The notes: a model not told the origin generated them from the sequence alone. Counted from the stretch's first letter, positions 7,919 to 18,440 are shown. The stretch is DNA of 64,000 bases from Nemertoderma westbladi (GCA_032718475.1 JAUCBJ010000176.1:1-64000); one strand, 5' to 3'. Program-made: numbers and translations.

Positions 7919-9433
7919 ATGTCAGACGCAACCCAATCACTGTCAGATAGTCTCTTAGAAAGTGTTAGAATGAGTATTAGACTTAGACAGCGTATTAAAA
8001 GGATCTGTGATCAAGATAAAGGTATAGAACATCCCAGATCCAAGTCTAAGTCACCTACTATTGTAAGAAAGGCCACCCCTACAGTAGTAGTGTCAGACCC
8101 TAGGCTAGTAGAACAGCGTAGGTCTATCATCGGCACTCGGGCCCAAGTCAAGCGGGATCAAGAAGCAGCTATCAAACAGCAGCAACATCCTAGCCAAGAA
8201 CCTAGTTCTCAGCGGCCCGATAGCTCCAGTAGTTCGGATACTGTTGAGCGGACGCCCGAACGTGGAGCGAAGATGGCGGATACGGTTTATGATGAACGGC
8301 CAACCTATGAAGAATCAACCAACGCCACTTCTTCTCAAGTGGAAAGCGAAGTGGAAAGCGAAGTGGAAAGCGAATTAACAGCAGCAGAGAAGCCGCAAAC
8401 TAGAGACGCCATTGACATCTATCTGTCAGACTATCAGCGATTCCTAGGAGACGAAGAGTTGAGGAGACAACTGTCTGGACTTCGCCCTAATAGTGAAGGA
8501 ACCAAGCTTGTGTTGGACGCAATCGATGCGGAAATGTTAGCTGCAGAACAAGCTAAATTTGATGAAAAACTCCGCCTCGTTAGAGTCCAAGAAGAACAAA
8601 TAAAGAAAAAACAGATAGAGGACCGAAAGGCAGCAGCAGTAAAGGCGGCAGAAGCAGAAGCAGCAAAGGCGGCGGCAGAAGTAGAAGCAGAAAGAAAGGC
8701 AGCGGAAGTAGAAGCAAAAGGAAAGGCAGCGGTAGCAGAAGCAGAAAGAAAGGCGGCAGCGGCAATGGCAAAGGCAGTGGCAGAAGCAGAACGGAGAGCG
8801 TCTGAGGAGACTACCCAACTGGAGTTGGAAAATCTGCAAGAGACGCAAGACTACATAAATAAACAGCTAACTGCTAGTCGAATGCAGAGGATGAGACGAT
8901 CTACTCCAAAACGCCAGGGATACACATCATCGGAGGAAAGCGAAACCACCAATCCTGAAGGCGGAGGAAATAGATCTCGTCTAAGCAGGCGTAGAAAAAC
9001 ATCTCACCGTCATAAACTGCCTGATTTGCCCCCAGCTGTCAGAAGACAACTAGCTAGCACAGACTTAGGTAGTACAGAACCCACAGACCAAATTATTAAG
9101 GTCAAAAGACTCCCTACCATAGTTGATGAGCCTGAAATAATTAGGCCTGTCGTTCCCAAAGTCACTCCTGTGCTAGAGACCCCTGCACTTCCAGAGCTTA
9201 ACTCTAAATTCCCCTTACGCAGTACTACACTGTCTGTACCCGGTAGAACAGTCCATGAGAATATCCCTGTCCTGGAAGCTGAGAGAGAAATCAAAGATTT
9301 GTCTCCCGTCGTCCCGCGTCAGCCCGCTACAATGTTGGCGACTCCCGCTTCGGCGGTTGAGTGGGTAGAGGAGGGACGGCGGGGGATGAATCTCCTGTGT
9401 CGGACAGATGCAGGAGACTGTCCACCAATTTAA
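7919..9433 (+). CDS. Gag-like ORF1, N-terminal part (low-complexity and A/E/K coiled coil), 504 aa
   Basis: First long ORF after the leader and homologous to the minus-strand ORF at 1..1300. It overlaps the DUF1759-like ORF in another frame. Confidence 0.8.
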   Translation: MSDATQSLSDSLLESVRMSIRLRQRIKRICDQDKGIEHPRSKSKSPTIVRKATPTVVVSDPRLVEQRRSIIGTRAQVKRDQEAAIKQQQHPSQEPSSQRPDSSSSSDTVERTPERGAKMADTVYDERPTYEESTNATSSQVESEVESEVESELTAAEKPQTRDAIDIYLSDYQRFLGDEELRRQLSGLRPNSEGTKLVLDAIDAEMLAAEQAKFDEKLRLVRVQEEQIKKKQIEDRKAAAVKAAEAEAAKAAAEVEAERKAAEVEAKGKAAVAEAERKAAAAMAKAVAEAERRASEETTQLELENLQETQDYINKQLTASRMQRMRRSTPKRQGYTSSEESETTNPEGGGNRSRLSRRRKTSHRHKLPDLPPAVRRQLASTDLGSTEPTDQIIKVKRLPTIVDEPEIIRPVVPKVTPVLETPALPELNSKFPLRSTTLSVPGRTVHENIPVLEAEREIKDLSPVVPRQPATMLATPASAVEWVEEGRRGMNLLCRTDAGDCPPI

Positions 9434-10499
9434 GGGAACAGTAAGGGAAGGTAGGGCCGAATTGCAAGAAGTGCAGCAAAGTATCGCGCTAGAACGCGAC
9501 AAATTAGTCAACATACCAAAGGGTATATCCATACCCCCTGTAACATTGTGTCAACCTGTTAGGTCTGAAGTATTACATGCGCAAGGTGTGGAGCCTACAC
9601 GCATCTATACTGCTAGTGAAGTAGAAACCCCTATAGCAAACCCTATTAAGGGTGATTATAGACCTGTTGTTAATGATGTTCCCTATAGACCTGATAATGA
9701 TCCGAGAAATTTATATACCGATAATTCGATATTAAATAACACGATGGCCCAAGAAAGCTTTACGCGTCAGATGGCTAGAACAGAAGCCCGCCAAGCGGTC
9801 AAAGTGGGAGAGATCGTTAAATTCAATGGAGATGAGATGAAATGGCTACCTTTCAATGAATATTACAAAGATAGCATACAAAACTCTGTACTATCTAACG
9901 GAGAGAAACTTAGGTTCCTCATCAAGTGCTTGGAAGGACCTCCCAGGTTAATGGCGTTAAAGTTTATTGGACATCCAGATGGATTAAGACAAGTTTGGGA
10001 TACATTAAACATCAGGTATGGTAACAAAGATAACATAGCTAAGTATTTGTATGCAAAATTAGTAGCCCCCCGACACTTCCTTAGTAGCGGGATTATAGAG
10101 TTTTCCGATGAAATTCAGGAAATCTGTAGACAATTGGACTGGTTAGGTAAGTCTCATGAATATCAGAGTTCCATGGTTATTGGAGCAGTAGTCTCTACTT
10201 TACCCAAGGGTGGAGTATGTACACGTTGGGACAAGAAAGTGTTGTACATGAATGAACAACAACGACGAAGCCCTACCATGACTGATCTCATATCCTTCTT
10301 AGATGGTGAAGTAAAACTACAACTCATCAAGCAGTCCAGAGAGAAAACATCGGAAAATAAGGTAAGTGAGAAACCTGCTTCTAGGAGAAGAGTAACACCG
10401 GTGTGTTACACTGACGACAGCGAAAGCCAAGCTTCTCAAGAAAGACACAGCTTAGTAAAGTACAATAAAGCCACTACTATATTCAAGTATTATTGGTAG
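9408..10499 (+). CDS. gag: BEL/Pao Gag capsid-like region (DUF1759-like), frameshifted from ORF1 and apparently 3'-truncated
   Basis: KFNGDEMKWLPF...LSNGEKLRFLIKCLEGPP...VWDTLNIRYGN fits the Pao gag pattern FxGD..W..F...LS..EK..YL...L.G...W..L..RYG. The usual downstream zinc knuckles are absent. Confidence 0.85.
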   Translation: MQETVHQFKGTVREGRAELQEVQQSIALERDKLVNIPKGISIPPVTLCQPVRSEVLHAQGVEPTRIYTASEVETPIANPIKGDYRPVVNDVPYRPDNDPRNLYTDNSILNNTMAQESFTRQMARTEARQAVKVGEIVKFNGDEMKWLPFNEYYKDSIQNSVLSNGEKLRFLIKCLEGPPRLMALKFIGHPDGLRQVWDTLNIRYGNKDNIAKYLYAKLVAPRHFLSSGIIEFSDEIQEICRQLDWLGKSHEYQSSMVIGAVVSTLPKGGVCTRWDKKVLYMNEQQRRSPTMTDLISFLDGEVKLQLIKQSREKTSENKVSEKPASRRRVTPVCYTDDSESQASQERHSLVKYNKATTIFKYYW

Positions 10500-10683
10500 G
10501 CAGAGTATTAGGAATGCAAAGTTCAGATCCTCGTGTCTCGGCTAAACCAAGCTCTGGGTAGACCTTGGAAACGACTTGCCTCTTCACACTGACATTGCTT
10601 CGTGCGATATTGCTCTTCTACCTTATATTAAATAATACATATAGTAGCGTGATGTCCCTCTAACAGTAGCGTAAAACGCAAAT

Positions 10684-10990
10684 AAATCTGTTAAACCTTT
10701 TGACCATCTGTAATTCTAGTCGATTAAGATATCGCGGCACCCACCGATATACTTGAAAGACAAATTCTAGAATCAGTGGTTAACGTCCCCAGACAAGTTC
10801 TGGAATAAATCGGTGCCCATCTTAAATATTAATTTAATATTTATTAAAATCTGTAAAATTCAGATCCGTTAACAATTCTAGTCGATTAAGATATCGTAGC
10901 ACTTACCGATACTCTTAAAAGACAAATTTCATAGAATTAAGGATCCTATGTCCCCAGACCTGCTCTGGAATCAAATTGTGTCAATTTTAA
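10684..10990 (+). repeat. 162-bp diverged tandem duplication
   Basis: AATTCTAGTCGATTAAGATATCG occurs at 10712 and 10874. GTCCCCAGAC and TCTGGAAT recur in both copies. Confidence 0.85.
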
Positions 10991-11790
10991 CATCAAATAA
11001 TAAAATTCACGGGAATAAATTTAAATTCATATTTTAAATGAATTTCATAAATTGTCATTTTGTACAATTTATAACATTCCCAAAATTCCATTAATTAATA
11101 GATCATGGGAGCGGAGATTCATCCTATTGAGTGTATTAGAGTGCGAGAATCTCCAACATATAGTCAATAGCCGATAAAATTAATAAAATCATGCATAAAG
11201 AGGATATTGACAATTAAAGAATTATTATTAAATAGCATCCCAGATCTGTATGCATGAGAATTACCCTAATTCTACCGCTAGCATTCCATAATGTCACCAT
11301 AGCAACACCCACGCTAGAATTAGAAGCAAGTTAAAAGAACAATAGAAAGCTTGTCCCATTGCATAGCATAGAGAATATAGCACACTGTTAGTATCCAAGG
11401 ATACACAGTAATAACGTGACATTCTGGAAGGCACTGACTAACGGACAAATGGCCTGTATGTGTACAATTGGTGACAGTTGTGTGGAATTTGTGCGTTTGT
11501 AGGTGAATGTTACTGCTAAGGTGTGTTTACAGTAGCTAGTCGCAATTGTGAAAGTAACCCAACTCTCCTATAGAAAGAACCTAAAGTGGATTCAAGCCTT
11601 TGGGACGGACAGTGGAGTGACTTGTGCCGGTTATCGTTGTCGTACTGTTGCTACATGTTGGCGTAAACACCGCGACAACGGTACATCGGCGCTGAGGATC
11701 CCACTGTCCGGGGGCAAAGAGAGGTGGGCAGCGACGTCCGCTCGCCTAAACATAAACTCATTTCGATATTAACAAACTCAGATAGCAGAT

Positions 11791-13239
11791 ATGACGGAGT
11801 TGATAGAAGATGATCTTGGTATCAAGGAGCGATATACTCTACCTTTGCAAGCATTTGTGGATAGCTTAATACGCGGTGAAGCCGATCCAACCATTACGGA
11901 GGATGATGGTCGTTATATCGAACCGCCGATGTCCCAAGAGCAACTTGCGCGTGAATTGGACTATCAAAAATCCACCGCGCGCTATACGCATCGTAATAGT
12001 ACGTATATGGACTTCCTAACTACCGGCCATCCTATCGATTTACATGATACGGACGATGTAGACACCGAAAGGGAAATGGTTCTATTTAAATATCATACCC
12101 AGCGGAGTCGGAACGATAAACCGAGAATAGATCACGAAAATTCTATTCGTAACAGACTGGGAAGACGAACCAATATGCCTAGAATCTGAGGAGATTCAGC
12201 CTATCGCGCCCGGAACAGCGACAACGATTACATCCTAGAATGGTATCAAGGTCCACAGTGTCTCACTGTGTACGATTATCGACATGCCAACTATGTTTCT
12301 AGGCAACATTGTCGGTTATGCGCATCGAGAGACCACGATACGCCCATGGACACCAACGTCCGCTGTTCCTATTTCCAAGAACAACCGACTATGGAAATTT
12401 ATTGCGCATATTGCAGACTCAATAACCTGCATATCTTTGCGGTTTGCCCTCAATTTATGACTCAATGTCACCATTGTCAACTAAAGGGACATGCTAGTTT
12501 CGACTGCCCTTTTAATCACGATTTGGAAAGCGTAGATGAAATGATCACACTGCGTTACATCAGAGCTTGGGAAGCGAACGCTGATTTACATTGTGATTCG
12601 CGACATCGCGATTATCCCGGACGCGCTTACAAAGGAGTTTATGCGTTCCATCCTTATCTATTCGCTTCGGTTGAACAGAAATCACGCATATCAAGTTACG
12701 AGCTACTGAAGCGCGTCGGAGAATGTATTTCAACCAAATTCGTACGCAAATTTCTCAGGAGTGTTAATCCTAGCGACCTTCATTCCTATAGCTTAATCAA
12801 TTATATCCGTCAGGATCCGGACTATGGAGACTTGTTTGTTAACTCACACCCTGAGTTACAGGAAGTATATCGACGGCCTTACGAATACCGAGCCCGCGAA
12901 CGCGAGTTGGAAAGGACCATTAAACCCCGGAAGTTTCTAACTGCCTATGGTCCACCCACGGCCCTCGTTCAGACCACTCGTAAAGGACCCGTAAGAGCGG
13001 CTGTCTTGAAACGAGCTCTCAAAGCCGTTAGACCCCTCTCACCTGACGTTGATGTCAATCAACCCGGTACTTCGACTGACGGATACACCGACCATAATCC
13101 TACACCCTCTGATGAAATCATATTGCACCCTTCACCCAGGAGTTATAGCCCTCCTTGTAAAGTGGCTCGCCCCAAAGAGAAAAGGACTCTGGCTAGCTTT
13201 AAAAAACTGCGTAAACGCCGTCCGCGCAAGAAAGACTAA
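11791..13239 (+). pseudogene. Accessory ORF (~482 codons) with triple CCHC zinc-finger array and basic C-terminal tail; one in-frame TGA at 12187-12189
   Basis: Track ORFs 11791..12189 and 12268..13239 share a frame, and the gap between them is open (GDSAYRARNSDNDYILEWYQGPQCLT). The Cys/His array spans 12310-12507 and the protein ends KKLRKRRPRKKD. Confidence 0.8.
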
Positions 13240-13303
13240 CTGTTTAGAGTATTTACGTATATTAGAAACTGTGATTTTGTATATTTTATAGACTCAAATC
13301 CCA

Positions 13304-13317
13304 TTTTCTGGGAGCGG
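13304..13317 (+). promoter_or_regulatory. Polypurine tract (TTTTCT-GGGAGCGG) abutting the 3' LTR
   Basis: A T-run followed by a G-rich tract directly precedes TGT at 13318, the usual geometry for the plus-strand primer. Confidence 0.7.
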
Positions 13318-14573
13318 TGTAAAAGCTTCTGTGGGATATAACTGGCCCCTTTGCTTCGCAATCCAGTTTCCCCCCAGGCGCTGGAATACTCTAAAAAGGT
13401 TCTCTAACTGTATATATATTCCCCTCGCCCTCAAGGTACCGTTACAGGTGTTTTAACGGACATAAAAGTCATTCTGCTATATACGTGTTTTAGCGGACAT
13501 GGTAAGACAAAAAACCTGCAATGCGACAAATACCTTTCATAGCTTAGCCGTGATGATTCATATTACGACATCTAACAGCTGGTTGCTGACATGGAAACAG
13601 CCATTGGAAGCATGGTTCTTTGTTTGGCTTGAACCAATCAGAGCGATTTTTCCTGTCGACGTGTAGCTTTTCGGTCGATCATAAGGAGTGTGTTCAGTCT
13701 TACTGTTTTTTTCTTGATACTTTCTTGTTATTGCTGTCTAGGCCAGAAACAACGGCTCTAGAGTCAATTCGTTTCATACTTTAAGAAGAAACATTAGTAG
13801 GCTTAAATTATAGAGCGTATGACTGTTATCAGTCAAATCCATTCACAATTCAATACTTTGTTGTTATTACTGTTTAACATACATTATTATACTGCTATTT
13901 ACTGTTGTGTTTGGTTGAATATTATTTGGAGAACATATATAAAAAACCCAAATTTCCCAATTTTCTTGATACACTACAGGTTAGAGAGACGGGTTATATA
14001 TAGCGATTGCGACTTATATTGTTGTGGTTTGTAGTGAATTTAATGCTATTTGATAAGCACTACATTGGTCCGTTGCTATTCCCTTTATATATGATAAAAT
14101 TCATTGACGGTCGGCAAATTAGTGAGCAGTATTGTGTGTTACCGGTAGTGTGCATGATTGTGATTGATAACTAAGCATTTCCTAAAGAATGCGCCTCATA
14201 CGTGAATCTTAAGCCTTACCAACTTACCGTTGTGATTAGTATAAGTCATATCTCTGTTTACTTAGATAGAGCGCCACGTCCTAAAGGAACTGTTAATATT
14301 TCCCGAAAGTAAATAATATTAGTCAGAAATTAATTATTAACGATCAATCGAATAATACAATACAGTAAGCTTCACTGCAATAATAATTTAAGCCCTCAGA
14401 ATCCAGTCTCCCGGGATTATCCAGCGGGTGAATGGACGCGCACTAGGCTGGCTTCTGCTAATGTTGTGTTTATTGGTATTAAATATTTGTCATCTTCTAA
14501 AGTATATTTATAAACCAAAAGACATATAAATTTTGGCAGGTTAAACTGCTAAAGGTCTTCAAAAGCACGTACA
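13318..14573 (+). repeat. 3' LTR of element B (1256 bp, TGTA...TACA)
   Basis: The start TGTAAAAGC is shared with LTR A. The end GCACGTACA coincides with the end of identity to the 5' copy and with the ACA end of LTR A. Confidence 0.88.
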
Positions 14574-15264
14574 AGTGGCCACGACCCCCTGAGATACTGT
14601 AGTAAAGACCCGGACCCCTTTACGAGGATCGAACCCACGAGTGGCCACGACCCCCTGAGATACTGTAGTAAAGACCCGGACCCCTTTACGAGGATCGAAC
14701 CCACGAGTGGCCACGACCCCCTGAGATACTGTAGTAAAGACCCGGACCCCTTTACGAGGATCGAACCCACGAGTGGTCACGACCCCTGAGATACTGTAGT
14801 AAAGACCCGGACCCCTTTACGAGGATCGAACCCACGAGTGGCCACGACCCCCTGAGATACTGTAGTAAAGACCCGGACCCCTTTACGAGGATCGAACCCA
14901 CGAGTGGCCACGACCCCTGAGATACTGTAGTAAAGACCCGGACCCCTTTACGAGGATCGAACCCACGAGTGGCCACGACCCCCTGAGATACTGTAGTAAA
15001 GACCCGGACCCCTTTACGAGGATCGAACCCACGAGTGGCCACGACCCCCTGAGATACTGTAGTAAAGACCCGGACCCCTTTACGAGGATCGAACCCACGA
15101 GTGGCCACGACCCCCTGAGATACTGTAGTAAAGACCCGGACCCCTTTACGAGGATCGAACTCACGAGTGGCCACGACCCCCTGAGATACTGTAGTAAAGA
15201 CCCGGACCCCTTTACGAGGATCGAACTCACGAGTGGCCACGACCCCCGGAGATACTGTAGTAAA
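14574..15264. repeat. 66-bp tandem array (10 units plus a partial) with a B-box-like GGTTCGATCC on the minus strand
   Basis: Unit is AGTGGCCACGACCCCCTGAGATACTGTAGTAAAGACCCGGACCCCTTTACGAGGATCGAACCCACG. Two units are 65 bp. Confidence 0.95.
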
Positions 15265-15279
15265 AACAAGGCCGACAGA

Positions 15280-18200
15280 AGTGCACTACCGGTACCTACC
15301 TGATGATACCGGCACTGATGCACCCGTTGTAGTGTACTACCGGTACCTACCTGATGGTACCGGCACTGATGCACCCGTTGTAGTGTACTACCGGTACCTA
15401 CCTGATGGTACCGGCACTGATGCACCCGTTGTAGTGTAATACCGGTACCTACCTGATGGTACCGGCACTGACGTACCCGTTGTAGTGTACTACCGGTACC
15501 TACCTGATGATACCGGCACTGATGCACCCGTTGTAGTGCACTACCGGTACATACCTGATGGTACCGGCACTGATGCACCCGTTGTAGTGTACTACCGGTA
15601 CCTACCTGATGATACCGGCACTGATGCACCCGTTGTAGTGTACTACCGGTACCTACCTGATGATACCGGCACTGATGCACTCGTTGTAGTGTACTACCGG
15701 TACCTACCTGATGGTACCGGCACTGATGCACCCGTTGTAGTGTACTACCGGTACCTACCTGATGGTACCGGCACTGATGCACCCGTTGTAGTGTACTACC
15801 GGTACCTACCTGATGGTACCGGCACTGATGCACCCGTTGTAGTGTAATACCGGTACCTACCTGATGGTACCGGCACTGACGTACCCGTTGTAGTGTACTA
15901 CCGGTACCTACCTGATGATACCGGCACTGATGCACCCGTTGTAGTGCACTACCGGTACATACCTGATGGTACCGGCACTGATGCACCCGTTGTAGTGTAC
16001 TACCGGTACCTACCTGATGATACCGGCACTGATGCACCCGTTGTAGTGTACTACCGGTACCTACCTGATGATACCGGCACTGATGCACTCGTTGTAGTGT
16101 ACTACCGGTACCTACCTGATGGTACCGGCACTGATGCACCCGTTGTAGTGTACTACCGGTACCTACCTGATGGTACCGGCACTGATGCACCCGTTGTAGT
16201 GTACTACCGGTACCTACCTGATGGTACCGGCACTGATGCACCCGTTGTAGTGTACTACCGGTACCTACCTGATGATACCGGCACTGATGCACCCGTTGTA
16301 GTGTACTACCGGTACCTACCTGATGATACCGGCACTGATGCACTCGTTGTAGTGTACTACCGGTACCTACCGGATGATACCGGCACTGATGCACTCGTTG
16401 TAGTGTACTACCGGTACATACCTGATGGTACCGGCACTGATGCACCCGTTGTAGTGTACTACCGGTACCTACCTGATGATACCGGCACTGATGCACCCGT
16501 TGTAGTGCACTACCGGTACCTACCTGATGATACCGGCACTGATGCACTCGTTGTAGTGTACTACCGGTACCTACCTGATGGTACCGGCACTGATGCACCC
16601 GTTGTAGTGTACTACCGGTACCTACCTGATGATACCGGCACTGATGCACCCGTTGTAGTGTACTACCGGTACCTACCTGATGGTACCGGCACTGATGCAC
16701 CCGTTGTAGTGCACTACCGGTACCTACCTGATGATACCGGCACTGATGCACCCGTTGTAGTGTACTACCGGTACCTACCTGATGGTACCGGCACTGACGT
16801 ACCCGTTGTAGTGTACTACCGGTACCTACCTGATGGTACCGGCACTGATGCACCCGTTGTAGTGTACTACCGGTACATACCTGATGGTACCGGCACTGAC
16901 GTACCCGTTGTAGTGTACTACCGGTACCTACCTGATGGTACCGGCACTGATGCACCCGTTGTAGTGTACTACCGGTACCTACCTGATGGTACCGGCACTG
17001 ATGCACCCGTTGTAGTGTACTACCTGTACCTACCTGATGGTACCGGCACTGATGCACCCGTTGTAGTGTACTACCGGTACCTACCTGATGATACCGGCAC
17101 TGATGCACCCGTTGTAGTGTACTACCTGTACCTACCTGATGGTACCGGCACTGATGCACCCGTTGTAGTGTACTACCTGTACCTACCTGATGATACCGGC
17201 ACTGATGCACCCGTTGTAGTGTACTACCGGTACCTACCTAATGATACCGGCACTGATGCACCCGTTGTAGTGTACTACCGGTACATACCTGATGGTACCG
17301 GCATTGATGCACCCGTTGTAGTGTACTACCGGTACCTACCTGATGATACCGGCACTGATGCACCCGTTGTAGTGCACTACCGGTACCTACCTGATGATAC
17401 CGGCACTGATGCACCCGTTGTAGTGTACTACCGGTACCTACCTGATGGTACCGGCACTGATGCACTCGTTGTAGTGTACTACCGGTACCTACCTGATGAT
17501 ACCGGCACTGATGCACCCGTTGTAGTGTACTACCGGTACCTACCTGATGGTACCGGCACTGATGCACTCGTTGTAGTGTACTACCGGTACCTACCTGATG
17601 ATACCGGCACTGATGCACCCGTTGTAGTGTACTACCGGTACCTACCTGATGGTACCGGCACTGATGCACTCGTTGTAGTGTACTACCGGTACCTACCTGA
17701 TGGTACCGGCACTGATGCACCCGTTGTAGTGTACTACCGGTACCTACCTGATGGTACCGGCACTGATGCACCAGTTGTAGTGTACTACCGGTACCTACCT
17801 GATGGTACCGGCACTGATGCACTCGTTGTAGTGTACTACCGGTACCTACCTGATGATACCGGCACTGATGCACCCGTTGTAGTGCACTACCGGTACCTAC
17901 CTGATGATACCGGCACTGATGCACCCGTTGTAGTGTACTACCGGTACCTACCTGATGATACCGGCACTGATGCACCCGTTGTAGTGTACTACCGGTACCT
18001 ACCGGATGATACCGGCACTGATGCACCCGTTGTAGTGTACTACCGGTACCTACCTGATGGTACCGGCACTGATGCACCCGTTGTAGTGTACTACCGGTAC
18101 CTACCTGATGATACCGGCACTGATGCACCCGTTGTAGTGTACTACCGGTACCTACCGGATGATACCGGCACTGATGCACCCGTTGTAGTGTACTACCGGT

Positions 18201-18440
18201 ACCTACCTGATGATACCGGCACTGATGCACCCGTTGTAGTGTACTACCGGTACCTACCGGATGATACCGGCACTGATGCACTCGTTGTAGTGTACTACCG
18301 GTACCTACCTGATGGTACCGGCACTGATGCACCCGTTGTAGTGTAATACCGGTACCTACCTGATGGTACCGGCACTGATGCACCCGTTGTAGTGTACTAC
18401 CGGTACCTACCTGATGGTACCGGCACTGATGCACCCGTTG
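15280..18440. repeat. 51-bp tandem array (~62 units) with internal 8-bp inverted repeat
   Basis: Unit is AGTGTACTACCGGTACCTACCTGATG(G/A)TACCGGCACTGATGCACCCGTTGT, containing CCGGTACC-N8-GGTACCGG. Confidence 0.97.

Larger units (their letters stand above)
4680..14573 (+). mobile_element. Non-autonomous BEL/Pao-like LTR retroelement B (gag plus accessory ORF, no pol)
   Basis: Direct repeats 4680-5642 and 13611-14573 (offset 8931). A purine tract followed by TGT lies at 13310-13320. The gag is DUF1759-like. I found no protease, RT, RNase H or integrase core ORF between 10500 and 13317. Confidence 0.9.

Noticed and set aside
75-9532. Short antisense ORFs (75..320, 593..775, 1119..1412, 8537..8848, 8580..8771, 9010..9294, 9215..9532)
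   Set aside because: They are shadows on the opposite strand of the gag-like ORFs, several with low-complexity translations.
11791-13239. Envelope (env) gene interpretation of the 3' ORF
   Set aside because: There is no signal peptide or transmembrane anchor. The protein has CCHC fingers and a basic tail.
14560-14590. 3' LTR truncated by the satellite, or TGGCCACGACC acting as a PBS
   Set aside because: Identity ends at ...TACA, matching the TGTA start and the ACA end of LTR A, so this is the natural terminus. The TGG is part of the flanking 66-bp unit and lies after the 3' LTR.
15300-15370. TGATGA...CTGA pairs in the 51-bp array resembling box C/D snoRNAs
   Set aside because: The C box lacks the leading purine and is present in only some units. 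The C-to-D spacing is 8 nt, and I see no guide region or terminal stem.
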